Shown: piece after piece, positions 16,472-34,385 of the stretch
Layout of the letters: each line of letters starts with the position of its first letter
Position numbering within the stretch: the stretch's first letter is position 1
NCBI GenBank assembly: GCA_963693365.1
Contig: CAVNZM010000005.1
Location: forward strand, 1,364,001 to 1,428,000
Length of the DNA: 64,000 nucleotides
From: Amoebidium appalachense
Taxonomy: Eukaryota > Protista > Ichthyosporea
Reading direction: 5' to 3'
Translations under genes and position numbers: made by a program
Notes under the pieces: generated by a model
Databases searched by the model: none
Told to the model about the DNA's origin: nothing
The model's input: only the letters and a program-made list of their open reading frames with translations

Positions 16472-17648
16472 CGGTTTGGTCCGACACCTGTGGGGTTGGT
16501 TCCCACTTGTCGCTTACGGGGTCGTATGCACGACCTTCCGCCAGCGCGAACAGTTCGCAGAAGAGCTCGATTTCCATCTCGCATCGGCGTTTGCGCTCGA
16601 GCAGTTTCTCACCAGAAAACATTGGTTCCTTCGTGTCCGTGTCTATCACGCTCGTAGCATCGTTTTCCAACTTTGCGAGGAACTCTTTTGCCTTGCTGAT
16701 GCGTACACGACAACGTGTGGCGCACGCATTCTTAGCAGACACTTTACGTTCTTTGTCTGCTTTCTGAATGTTTTCCGGCGCGCATGGGTCGTAGCTTGGG
16801 AGGTGGGTGAAGAAGCTTCCACACCCCTTTGTCGCGTCACGGATGAACGCACGGTTATAGTCGCCCCGTACTGCTACTTCCAGCACATCGTATCCAATGA
16901 AGGACAGACAAAGGATGCGAGAGCACCGGAAGCCGAGAGCCTTGAAGATGGACCACATGGCCCTGTGTGGGCGTCTGCCGTGCTTGACTTTGAAATACAC
17001 CCTCTCGTATTTGGGTGGGATGTTGATGTTACCGTTTGCTTGGGTGTTCCCCTTAGCCGGCGGTTTGGGAGGGGAGTTGCGGCGGTACTCGTTGCCTGCA
17101 AGAATGCTGGCATATGTTTCCTTGGCAATTTGGCGGAGCTCGGGTGTTTTACGAGAGTTCGCATATTCTAGGAACTCTGCCGGGAGCTGTGCTTCCGGTC
17201 CTGTGTTGTTTTGTGTTGGGGTGGAAATGTCTCCGTCGCGAGATGTTTGCTCATGAGTTTTGGGGTTTTGCGATCCACTAATGTTTAGCTGGGCTGTGAG
17301 TGAATCAATGGTGAGCTTGAGTTGGGTATTTTCTGTTTGGAGTTTTTCTATCATGTTCTTGAGTGGTAACAGCTCATTTAGCTGTTTCTTAACGAGGGCA
17401 AGTTCTGCCAGTACTGTATCAACCGAAAGTTTCGGCATGGTTGTTATTGTGTTTCTACGGAGTGGTGTGGTGTTATTCTGAATGGGTAGTGTATTGTAAA
17501 TAGGTGTTGCGCTTAGTCTAAGGCGATGTTTTTCTGGTTGTGCATCTGTGGTAGGTGTATCTGCTGGACGTTTTAATGGTCGCACATGTGTGATGGGTGT
17601 AGATGGAACTTTGAAAGAGGTTCTGAAACGATTATAGGCATGTGCCAT
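16464..17648 (-). CDS. LINE ORF1 (394 aa; coiled coil + basic domain)
   Basis: Lies directly upstream of ORF2 with an 8-nt overlap (ATGCCTAA). Heptad-like segment LAELALVKKQLNELL..IEKLQTENTQLKLTIDSLTAQL. Sits inside the TSD-defined element. Confidence 0.9.
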   Translation of the reverse strand: MAHAYNRFRTSFKVPSTPITHVRPLKRPADTPTTDAQPEKHRLRLSATPIYNTLPIQNNTTPLRRNTITTMPKLSVDTVLAELALVKKQLNELLPLKNMIEKLQTENTQLKLTIDSLTAQLNISGSQNPKTHEQTSRDGDISTPTQNNTGPEAQLPAEFLEYANSRKTPELRQIAKETYASILAGNEYRRNSPPKPPAKGNTQANGNINIPPKYERVYFKVKHGRRPHRAMWSIFKALGFRCSRILCLSFIGYDVLEVAVRGDYNRAFIRDATKGCGSFFTHLPSYDPCAPENIQKADKERKVSAKNACATRCRVRISKAKEFLAKLENDATSVIDTDTKEPMFSGEKLLERKRRCEMEIELFCELFALAEGRAYDPVSDKWEPTPQVSDQTDA

Positions 17649-17919
17649 GACATGGATGGGGGTGTTCCCCGGCCCTTAGGGCCACGGATGGCCTGGTTTA
17701 GGGGTGGATGCGCGAAGGATACTATTTATTAGCAGATAATAAAGAGCGACATTTGAATCGATGTGTGCGACTGAATCGATGTGTGCGTAAAACTGGTGGT
17801 GCCGCCTATGTGAGAATGTGCAAGTTGTGTACATGTGGTAACGGTTACGATATTCCGAGCGTCGGGGTGTGATCTGATTGGATGACGACACGACCTTTAA
17901 CTTCAGTTAGTCTTGCCGT

Positions 17920-18332
17920 GATTGGCCTAGAGCGCACTCACCGAAATAACCAGGCTATGGACATTTCTATTGGGTTAGAGGAATCGAATAACCGGGTTAA
18001 TGGGTGAGTGCGCTGCTAGCCAATCAAAGCGATCACTAGGAAAATGAGCCTGAAATGTGAATGTAATGATGTATGAATCAAATAACCGAGTTAAAGTTTG
18101 CATAATGTATCAATAAAGTGAATGCTAAATCTTTATGGGTCATATCGTAACCGGATCATGTCGGCTCGTGTCCTCGCTCGACCTCGTTATTTCGGCTCGC
18201 CTTGACGATTATTTTGGCTCGCCTATCGGCTCGCCAAAATAACCGACGGCTCGCCGAAATAACTTCGGTCTCGCTCGGCCACTCGCCCCATGACTCCTGA
18301 TCTCGCTCGGCCACTCGCCCCATGACTCCTGA
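17920..18332. promoter_or_regulatory. Motif-rich putative promoter upstream of ECHDC3
   Basis: Imperfect inverted repeat gattggcctagagcgcactcacc / ggtgagtgcgctgctagccaatc (17920-17942, 18003-18025) containing CCAAT boxes. Several (CCG)AAATAAC(CG) motifs on both strands. 32-bp tandem duplication at 18269-18332. Confidence 0.5.
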
Positions 18333-18366
18333 TTACGGCACAGGCACAACTTCACACGGAACGTAA

Positions 18367-18733
18367 ATGTTTTCACGTGCTGGTGCTGCCCTGGCTCGGC
18401 CGGGTCAGACCCTCCTTTCCCGCGCGTATGCCCGCCCCCTTCTTGCACGTGCATACGCGCACGGTGAGGCTGCGTCTGCCCCCGCACACTCAGACCTGCT
18501 GGTGTTGAGGGAAACGCTAGCAGATGGAGTGGTACAGCTGACACTGAACAAGCCCAAAAGCAGAAACGCCCTGTCTCTGGACATGATGGAGGCACTGCAG
18601 GTCAGTTCATACAGCCATCACCCCCCCCCCCCCCCCCTCTCGCCCCGCCGATCTCTCTCTCCTCACATCACACACACGCACACACACACACACACACTCT
18701 CTCTCTCTCCTCAATCACACACACACACACACA

Positions 18734-18802
<69 letters not shown>

Positions 18803-19072
18803 TCTCTCTCTCTCTCTCTCTCTCTCAGTCTCTCTCTCTCTCTCTCTCCCCCCCCCCCCCCCCCCCCCTCTCTCTTGCTCTCTCCCTCTGTCACACACAC
18901 ACACACTCTCTCTCCCCCTTTCCCTTCCTCCCTCCGTCCCTCCCTCCCTCTTTCCCTCCCTCTCCCTCCTTCCCAGCCGCAAACCTACCCACCCTCTCTC
19001 TCTCTCCCCCCCCCCTCCCTCTCTTTCTCTCTCTCTCTCCCGTTCTGGCTCTCCCTCACACACACACACACA

Positions 19073-19135
<63 letters not shown>

Positions 19136-19689
19136 CCCCCCCCCCCCCCTCTCTCGCTCTCTCTATCCCCCCCTTCCCCCCCCCCCTCCCCCCCCTTCTG
19201 GCTCTCAATATCCGTCTCTCTCTCTCTCTCCCTCCCTCTCTCTCTCTCTCTCTCTCCCTCCCCCCCCCCCCTCCCCCTCCCCCCCAGACCCCCTCCGGCA
19301 TCTCTCTACTTCTTTCTATCCCCCCCCCCCTCCCCCCCCTCCCCCCCCCCCCCCACCCCGCCGCTTGTCAGTCTCTCTTTTGCTCTCCACGCCCGCCACG
19401 TCTCCCCCTTTCTCTCTCCCGTCGCGTTTTCCCCACTCCCTGCCCCCCTCCCTCCATCTTCCTCCCTCCCTCCCCGAGGCCTTGTATGTCTCCTCTTCCC
19501 CTCTCCTCCCCCCCCACCCCCCCTCCCTTTTCCCCCCGGGGTTCGCTCTCTCTCTCTCGCTCGCTCGCTCGCTGCCTCTCCTCCCTCCCCCCCCCCCCCC
19601 CCCCTCACACACACAAACACACTCATGCACTTCTCTCCCGCCTGTTGTTACCTCCCCCCATCACTCCCCCCTCAGGATACGCTCTACGT

Positions 19690-19784
<95 letters not shown>

Positions 19785-19926
19785 TAGAGAGAACAGCCTT
19801 TGTTTTATTGCTGTGCATTCCCATGCCATTATGATAAAGAGGAGCACATCACTGTGAAGACTGGCATTGGCTGTTACGTCATGCTCCGCCTACGTGTGTT
19901 TGCAGTGTCCCACAATCATGCACTCC

Positions 19927-19958
<32 letters not shown>

Positions 19959-21618
19959 AGTGTGCGGCTCTTTTTGGTCCCTTCTTTTCTCTGTGTTTCC
20001 CACAGCCGTCGTGCCCCCTGGACTAGACTTGCTCTTCCTCCCTTGGTGCATTCTTTTAGTTCCTTTTAAGAGAGTGAGCTTGGTCTTGGCACTTTCATAT
20101 GCCCCAATTTGTTGTTGAGCTTTCATTATCAGTAGATGGAGCCGTTCACTCCATTCAGAGTTCTGAACTCGGTGCTTTTCTTTTCGTCTATAGACATTCC
20201 GAAGTTTTGAAAGGAATGTTGTGCTCCCCACTAATCCCCCCCCTCCCCCCCTCCTCTCTCCCCCCGCGCGGGTGTCACCAATGCAATCCTTATGCATTAT
20301 CTTTGCTATAATAGTTCACGCTACAATGAAAGTATCAATAGTTAGTGCGTGAACGTACCATAGTGACACTGGAATTCTCCTTTTGCCTTTTATCCACAGC
20401 ATGAACTGGACCTTCTTGCCTCTAACGACTCTGTGCGGTGTGTGATTATGGCAGCCAATGGCCCTGCATTCTGTGCCGGGCACGACTTAAAGGAAATGTT
20501 CAAGTACGGCACCAAGGAGCACTATGAGGAGGTGTTCACCAAGTGCAGCAGGCTGATGACGTCAGTGCTCAAGCTGCCCCAGCCGGTCATTGCAAAGGTC
20601 AGGGGGGTGGCCACGGCTGCAGGCATCCAGTTGGTGGCTACGTGTGACCTGGCCTATGCGGCAAATGATGCGCGGTTTGCTACACCAGGTACGTGTGTTT
20701 GTGTGGGTTGAGAAAGGAGATAAACATGGTTTTGGGGGGGAAGGGGGGGGGGGGGGAGAAGGAATGCAGGCGGCAATGTCCATGTGAAGCACAAGAGGGG
20801 GGGGGGGGGGGAGGGGGGAGGGGAATGGTGGTGTGGTAGGTGGTAGTGGTGGCGGTATGTGTGATGGTGGTGGTGGTGGTGCTGGTGGTGGTGGGGGGGG
20901 GGGGGAGAGGGGTTGGACAGAGAGATGTTATTGGTGAGGGGTTCGTTTGTGAGTATCAGATGGAATGTGCATGTGAACACACTGATAATAAGCAATTGGT
21001 GTGGAATGGGAGTGGTAGCTTATGTGTGCTATTCGGACCTAGGGCAACATCAAAACACATTATTGTCGGAATGTTGGAGCTGTGGGTGTGTGTGCGTGGG
21101 GGGAGGGGGGGGGGGGGGGGGGAGTGATGTGGGGGTGCGGATGTTGGTACAATGCGTGGGTGCATATTTGTCTTTGGGGGGGGAGGGGGAGGGGAGGAGG
21201 CGATATTCGGAACTGTCTGAAATATTCATCGATACATCTGCAAAGAGGGGGAGGGGGAGGGGGGAGGCGGGGGAAGGGGGCTGTTTAATACCACTTGCTT
21301 TTCAGCGGCTCTTACTGAATCGCTTTGTGATGTAAAACAACGGCGCCTCTTTTGTGCACCCATCCTCCATCGTGCTTTTTCTTTTTGTTAACCCTTCACC
21401 TCTTTCATGGAAGTCAAAATAAATGACGTATGGGCAGATTGGACATGCATGTCTCTACAAGGGCTCAGTCCTGTTCAATTCGATGAATCTATGCCCTTGT
21501 CTTTTCCTCACTTTTTTCACTTTGGAAACCCTCCCATGCATACATACGCGGAACGGTTTCCCTTGCTCTCTTGAGAATTTTTCATGACCAAACACTAACC
21601 CCCCCCCCCCCCCCCCAA

Positions 21619-21654
<36 letters not shown>

Positions 21655-21663
21655 GCACGCACT

Positions 21664-21717
<54 letters not shown>

Positions 21718-21767
21718 TGCACATGCACATGCACATGCACACGCACACGCACACGCACGCACACACA

Positions 21768-21798
<31 letters not shown>

Positions 21799-22211
21799 GC
21801 ACGCACACACACATGCACACACACTTTCACACAGGTGTCGACATTGGTCTTTTCTGCTCCACACCAGCCGTGGCCCTTGGGCGTGCAGTCAGTCGCAAGC
21901 ACGCCATGGAAATGCTCCTAACGGGTGACATGTATTCAGCCGATCAAATGGTCGAGTGGGGTCTTGTGAACCAGGCCGTCGATCCGGCTCACCTTGACGA
22001 GAAAGTCCTAAAGACAGCACAGCAAATCGCATCGAAATCGAAATATGTGGTGTCGACGGGCAAGGCTACATTCTACAAGCAGATGGAGAGGGGCATTGAG
22101 CAGGCATATGAAATTTGCGGTAATCGGATGGTGGATCACATGGTTGGGCAAAACTCTGCAATCGGAATCGAGGCATTCTTGAGCAAGAAGAAGCCCACAT
22201 GGGTGAGCTAA
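18367..22211 (+). CDS. ECHDC3: Enoyl-CoA hydratase domain-containing protein 3 (crotonase fold), 3 exons, 299 aa, probable mitochondrial presequence
   Basis: Exons 18367-18600, 20400-20688 and 21835-22211 join in frame (GT-AG, 900 nt). Motifs [69 protein letters not shown]. Arg/Ala-rich N-terminus. Confidence 0.93.
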
Positions 22212-22973
22212 CTGTTTTATTTGGGCCCGTGAACCTGTTCGTGATATCTCATAGTTGGCTCCCGGAAACTGTAGAATTGAAATGATTCTCCGCGCGAAGT
22301 TATCTGCTACCCCTCGAACACTTTAGTTGCTCCTGTTCGTCTCTGTATGTGCTCTTTCTCCGCCCCCCTTTTCCTGAAAATGGTCAATGTTCATGGAAGA
22401 ACTATGTAAGTTAGTACTGTGCACGTGGTGCCACAGAAGCAGATGTAAATAAATTCGGTTCCGCAGCTATAAACCCAGATCTTGGAGGGCATGCAACCCC
22501 CCCCCCCCCCCCCCCCCTCCCCTCCCCCACCCCCGCTCACGGACTGTGACACGCACACGCTCTTGCCAGCGCTCACACCCATGCCTCATATATGCATATA
22601 TGAGATACACCTCGAGGCCTAGGGCTAGCTCGTTGATGGCTACAGTAAGCTTGCCCCGGTTTCTTCACATGTACACGCATACACCGCCTGCGCTGCCCCT
22701 TGCGTGCACACATCACGACACTTGATCATCACGAAGCGTGTGAAATATATATCATGTGCTTGTGCCCGTTCATGATCAGTCTGACCAGTGTGTGTGTTTG
22801 TCCATATGATGTGTGTGTAAGCACGTGTGCCTGTGCCGGTGCCGGTGCAGTGCTTGGCAAACCGTGGGCCGGGCCCGTCGAGGGCGTGAGTTTCCGTCAA
22901 AACCACACAGTGACGCGTCCCTTAGCCTACAACACTATGCATATGCATATGATTGTCACGAAGTTCTTAGTTA

Positions 22974-23636
22974 CCCTCTTTCCCCCCCCCTCCCCTCTCT
23001 CTCCCCTTCTCCCCTGGGCACAAATACAAATAAACCCCGCAATAGTGTGTGTGTGACTTTGGACTGCCACTTACTTATTAAACATGTACACAATCACAAG
23101 GTAATCACGCAATATAACAAGTGGAAAAAGATACCACAGGAAATAGACCCGATGAAAGCATACACCTTGAAAAACTAAGCCTTATGTCTCGTTTTATATA
23201 TAGTGACCGCCTCAACCATATTGCCAAATATGGCACTCGCAAATGTATAACACCTAAATACATATTACCTTCCTGTAGAAATGGTCTTTCTCTAGCTGAT
23301 GGTATTATTGATCAATTACCACGCTTTTACTGTACACGTGCTATACAGTGGAGGTCTAATAAGTATAAGGTGGCATCATTTGCATGCCCAAACAACACAC
23401 ACACACACCAGTTTAACCGGTCATGTATCGCCAAATGTAGTTTGATAGACCACATAATACCGCAACACACACACGTCACATTCACAACAGACACCCAGAA
23501 AGATAGCCTACCTGTAAATTACAACATCCTTGATTTTATACTAAACACGCGTAACTACGACCTGTTTATTAGATGTATTGATTGGCTTGAGAAACACATC
23601 ACTACAAAATTATTGCGCACGCGCACACACACACAC

Positions 23637-23691
<55 letters not shown>

Positions 23692-23943
23692 CCAGCTGAT
23701 ACCGAGTGTCCCAAGGGGAGCCCCTTTTAAAAGAAAAAAAAAAAAAAAAAAACGGGGAACCCCAACGAATTGATTTCTCCTTGTAGTCTTTATCATTGTC
23801 TCGTAGAGAAAGTATATATAGTCACCACCCGACATCTATGTACGTGATCATGATATACCGCTGAGGGGATATTCCGGGCAAAACCCCCCCCCATACCTGA
23901 GACTGGTTTCTCTTTGCCTCGAGTAAACAGCGTAAACTCCCCC
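22974..23943 (+). mobile_element. Second 5'-truncated LINE copy, nearly identical to the full element
   Basis: ORF 23121-23699 reproduces the ORF2 C-terminus, with the stop codon mutated TAG>TTG and a small frameshifting indel near 23135. Same 3' UTR, ending ...cagcgtaaactccccc. No TSD found. Confidence 0.93.
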
Positions 23944-24774
23944 GTATATATATGGCGCCGACGCCGGCCGAACGTCACATGTGGCACTCGCGCGCTCAAG
24001 TTTCGGACAAGGAAAGGGGCCTTGCATGATAAAACCTCCTTTTCTAAAAAAGGCAAAAGCGCAACCGTGAAAAAACATTAGTCTAAAGTCCACCCTAACT
24101 TCCCTTCATTGCAATACACAAGAGAAAACTCTGATGTTATGCATCAGTGAGACGTCATTACGCCACAGACTAGGGCGCTGTTTTTCATCAGGGACGCGCA
24201 GAGCGCAGGGAGGGAGAGCTCTGAGGACAAGACAACATGACGACACTCACAGAAATGATAGGGAAAGCGTGATTTAGTTAGCTGCAAGGATAATAGGCGC
24301 CAAAGACTTTTTTTCGGTTGAGCGAGGGAGTTGCACGCACGAAACGGCATAGAGTTTGTGCTGCAGGCTAGGACAATACTGTAAGTCATGTTTGACAACG
24401 GTGGTGGATATACAGGAAAGGTGGAAAGAGGTGAAAAAATAAGGAAGGTTATGTTGAAAAGCGTGTCAGGAAACGGGGGAGCTTGCACGGCATGGGAGTG
24501 TATAGGATGAGTGATCAGTGATGCTGCGCTGGAGGATTCTCGAGGAGGAATAGAAGAAACCACGAAAAAGAAAAGTACGTCGAGAAGGAGCCAGGGTAGA
24601 GGATACGATGTGTGCGGCACCACGAGAAAAGAGATTGTGCGGAGGTTCGGAAGAGTTTTCATTGACAATAACACGCAACCTTTCTTCGCGAGACTTTCGA
24701 CTCTTTTGTGTCAATCTTCCGTCTCCAAAAACCAAACACCAACGAGCAACCCTTATAATCCTTATTTGCGCAAA

Positions 24775-30150
<5,376 letters not shown>

Positions 30151-30189
30151 ACGAACGTGCATGGGGCTGTGTGTGTGCGCGTGTACATG

Positions 30190-30296
<107 letters not shown>

Positions 30297-31199
30297 CATG
30301 CGTGCGTGCGTGCGTGCGTGTGTGTGGCCGTGTTGTGGTGTGAGGGGAGGTAGATTGGTGGGGGGTCGAATTTAGACTAGATGCCGGTGGGTTTCAGTTA
30401 TTGCGTAGAGAGTGTAAGTTAGTGTGTAACCTTTTTCCTCCTTCCTCGTACATATGTTTGGACTCGAAATGCATGATTGACTCAGGGAGGATATTACTGA
30501 TTATCCTTTATCTAAATTTAAACCATAAGCAAAACAGCAATGATTGGTTACTGTATTATATTGTGGGTTCATCGACCTCGCACCTATAACAGCATCATAT
30601 GCAGTAACGATGGTTGTGTTTCGAAAACTGTTATGTACATACCCTGATCGTTGGTATGATCCTTGCTGCCCAATGGCGATGAAAATTAACGTTAGAAAGA
30701 AAACATGTTTTCATACACAGTCATCCGGGGACGGCCCCGTGTGTGAGAGCACACCTCGAGCTCCTGGAGACTAAGTGTTCCAGGATACATAGCATACTGT
30801 GCCCCCCTCCCCCCTCCCCCCCCCCCCCCTTCCCTCACCAGCCTTCGCCCTCCCCTTCCCCTCCCCCCTCCCTTCCCTCGCCAACCTCTGCCCCTCCCCC
30901 CCTCCCTCCCCCCCCCCCCCCCCCCCCGGGGGCCCCCGGCCCAGCTCCATGCACGCGTACTCACACAACACACAAACGCACACTCGTGCACCCATACACT
31001 CGCATGATCATACACACCCACACGCATGTGTGCGCGTGACACACACCCGCCCATCCACCCACCCACACACACACACACACACATATACATACACCTTCTC
31101 TCCCCCTCTCCCCTCCCTCCCACCCCCCCCCCCCAAAAAAAAAGAAAAAAAGAAAAGAACTTTGGGGCACACGGGCCCCGCCCTCGCAATTGGGTTTTA

Positions 31200-31800
31200 G
31201 AGCGCCTCGTAGTCGAGCAAAATATGCCATTTGCCGGGCCCGGGAAACCCCAAGGGATTCTTGAAGTTGAAACGAGGGTGGGGAGTAGGAATTATCGACG
31301 TCTCCCCTGGTTGTACGTACCCCTTTCCTGGGGGAGGGGGAAAGACCCCGGCACCTCCTCCGCGGGGTGGGTGGGTCTTCTCCCCCCCCCCCCCCCCCCC
31401 CTCCCTCCCCCTCCATGCCCCCCTCTCCTCCTCTCCCTCCCTCCCCTCACCTTCCGTCCGCCCCCGCAAGGTAGCCGCAATGGTGGGTGGTTCCCCCCCC
31501 CCCCCTTCCCCCCCTCCCCCCCCCCCCCCCCCCCCCGGGCCCCCCCTACCCCTCCGGGGAAGGGGGGGGAGGAGCCACCCACTTGGGCCGGTGGCCGGGG
31601 GAGTGGGTCACCCCCTCCCCCTCCCCCCTCCCCCCTTTCCCCTCCCCCCCCCCCTTCCCCCCCCCCCTTCCCCCCCCCTTCCCCCCCCCCCTCCCCCCCT
31701 CCCCGGGGCGTGGGCGCGTGAATCAAATGGCCATGGCCAAATATCTCTTTTTCACCCACGTAAGTCTGTGTTCGTCAAGCCGTCAGTCAACAATTACTCT
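31200..31800 (+). repeat. GC-tract interspersed repeat (family C), related to 40265-41470 and 42185-42400
   Basis: Shared blocks agggatt.tt.aa.ttg.aa..gggtgggg, gagtag.aa.tatcgac.tc.cccctggt.gta, ccac.tgg.ccg, and tctcttttt/ccacccac. Confidence 0.7.
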
Positions 31801-32145
31801 CTATGAAGTAGTGGGGGCCAAGTTATCGTGCGCGCGTGCTCGCCCTGTAATATCCGTGTGAAGTATTCAGATGATGTAAATTATTGATCCCCCGGTCTTC
31901 CTGCTTCTTCCCCTTCATGATCACAATAGCCCGAGCCTAGATCTGCCACCAGTATGTACAAGCAAATTTCTGTGCATCATGGCCGGTTAGCGTCTGTCTG
32001 TACACTTCTGTGTTGGCGCCGGCGGCCGCGGGTTCTGGGCTACTTCTTCCATTTGAGGCTCTTGAATAGCTAACTACGAGAGCTGTCCCAAATTGCACCA
32101 CCGTCGTCGTGCACTGACCGCCTGTCCCAGAGAGCCTGGGGGAGG

Positions 32146-32188
<43 letters not shown>

Positions 32189-32274
32189 GGAAGGCCTAGG
32201 GAGGCAGTGGAGAGAGAGAGGAGAGAGAGAGAGAGAGAGAGAGGGAGGGAGAGAGAGAGAGAGAGGGGGGGGGG

Positions 32275-32311
<37 letters not shown>

Positions 32312-32414
32312 GAGAGAGACGCACTATGTATACCTACCTGCACACCGAGCAATCAGGCCTCTTAACTGTGAGTCAGCATAACGCAGAACACTGAATGCTC
32401 TGTCTTCCTAATTT

Positions 32415-33077
32415 AGGGCCCAACCAGATCAGCTGAGTCGACGTGCTCCGACCAGAATTCTTCTGCAAAAAGCAGAATCATTCTGCCAAAAGCAGAATCA
32501 TTCTGCTAAAGCAGAATTATTCTGCAAAACTAAAAGCTGAACCACTCTGCAAACAGCAGAATCAATCTGCTAAAAGCAGAATTAATCTGCTAAAAGCAGA
32601 ACTATTCGTGATTCTGCAAACAACAGAATCAATCTGCTAAAAGCAGAATTAATCTGCTAAAAGCAGAACTATTCGTGATTCTGCAAACAACAGAATCAAT
32701 CTGCTAAAAGCAGAATTAATCTGCTAAAAGCAGAATTATTCGTGATTCTGCAAACAGCAGAATCAATCTGCTAAAAGCAGAATTAATCTGCTAAAAGCAG
32801 AACTATTCTGCTAAAAGCAGAATTATTCTGCAGCTGTCGAAAGCAGATTGATTCTGCTATTTGCGGAATAATTCTGCCAAAAGCAGAGTGATTCTGCTAA
32901 AAGCAGAGTGATTCTGCGTTTGCAGAATAATTCTGCTAAATAAAAGCAGAGTGATTCTGCTTTTGCAGAACAATTCTTCTTTTTGCAGAACAATTCCGCT
33001 TTTTGCAGATCTTAGTTCCGCTCTTGCAGAATAATCCTGCTTTATGCAAGTTGACTCTGCCGATGTGGCTGGGTCCT
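32415..33077. mobile_element. Foldback/MITE-like non-autonomous DNA element with internal palindromic satellite
   Basis: Imperfect ~32-bp TIRs (agggcccaaccagatcagctgagtcgacgtgc / gcaagttgactctgccgatgtggctgggtcct). Direct repeat TAATTT on both flanks (32409-32414, 33078-33083). Interior of ~20-bp GCAGAATNATTCTGC(T)AAAA units, A-linked on the left and T-linked on the right. Confidence 0.7.
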
Positions 33078-33191
33078 TAATTTAATGTGCCCCCCGTACG
33101 CTCCTGCAAATGAACACGAAGGATTGAGTAAGGCCTCCAGTTCTAACAAGTAGCCCTTTGAAAATCATCAGATCCGACGCTACTACCCCCC

Positions 33192-33226
<35 letters not shown>

Positions 33227-33498
33227 CCCCCCCTCAGCCCCCCCCCCCCCCCCCCCCCCCCCCCCCGCCCCCCTCCTTCAGCCCCCCCCCCCCTCCCCCC
33301 CCGGCGCTAGCTTTTAGGTTAAAGTCATTCATAGATATTCTTAACCCCCCCTCCCCTCTCCTCCCCCCTCCCCCTTTCAGGTCAAATCCACAGTGGTCCG
33401 CCAAGCTACTGAGCCCCCCCCCCCCCCCCCCCCGGCCCTCCTCCCCCATCCCCACTCCCACCCCGGGGGTTCCTCTTATGACACCATACATGATTCTG

Positions 33499-33830
33499 AG
33501 GGCCCAACCACATTGCTCAAAATAAATTTGCTTTTGCAGGATAATTCTAGTTTTTGCTCCGAGCAGACATATTCTTCAAAAACTAGAATTATCCTGCAAA
33601 AGCAAAATTATTTTGAGCAGAGTGATTGAGTAAAAGCAGAGATAATTCTGCCAGAAGCAGAATTATTTTAGAAGTCGAACCATTCCGGCTTTGAGCAGTT
33701 TAGTTCCGCTGCCGTGAGAAGAATGATTCTGCCCAAAGCAGAAGATGCTGCATTTTGCTTGTCGCAGAATAACGTTACTCAGCAAAAGCAGAACAATCAT
33801 TCTGCAGCTGCTCGTCGAGACACCTTTGGG
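33499..33830. repeat. Second, degenerate copy of the same element with a 42-bp near-perfect hairpin
   Basis: Starts agggcccaaccacatt. Arms 33515-33556 and 33577-33618 are reverse complements with one mismatch. Followed by more GCAGAA..TTCTGC units. Confidence 0.75.
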
Positions 33831-34274
33831 TCAGGTAGGCCACTGGCAAGCAGTCTCTCTCTCTCTCCCCCTCCCTCTCTCTCTCCCTCCCTCCCCCTCC
33901 CTCCCTCTCTCTCTCCCTCCCTCCCCCTCCCTCCCCCTCTCTCTCCCTCCCTCCCTCCCTCCCTCTCTCTCTCCCTCCCTCCCCCCCCCCCCCCCCCCCC
34001 CTTTTTTTTTTTGGTGGGGGGGGGGGGGGGGGGGGGGTGGCGGGACAGGGGGGAAGGAGGAGAGACTGAGGGTGGGCGGGTGGACAGGCAAGGAAGAGGG
34101 GGGTAGGGGGATGGTTGCACGCGAGAATTTGATGATGCTGGCACTGCTGGTCCCCATGCACGTGAGTGAGTGTGTGTGTGTGTTGGTTGGGGGAGGAGGG
34201 GGGGGGGGGGGGGGGAGGCGGGAGGGGAGGGCGGGGAGGCACAGAAGCCCGAGGTATTGCGCGCGCGCGCGCAC

Positions 34275-34385
<111 letters not shown>

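Larger units (their letters stand above)
12906..17815 (-). mobile_element. Full-length, apparently intact non-LTR retrotransposon (APE-RT LINE, ORF1+ORF2), 4910 bp
   Basis: Two long uninterrupted ORFs. Perfect 10-bp TSD ATGTGCAAGT at 12896-12905 and 17816-17825. The 3' end coincides with those of two truncated copies in the window. Confidence 0.95.

Noticed and set aside
24511-24774. GTG-initiated N-terminal extension of the SET gene
   Set aside because: In a eukaryotic context the first in-frame ATG is 24775, and there is no evidence for upstream initiation (an upstream exon cannot be excluded).
32450-33040. CRISPR-like palindromic repeat array
   Set aside because: There are no unique spacers. 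It is a contiguous satellite inside TIRs.
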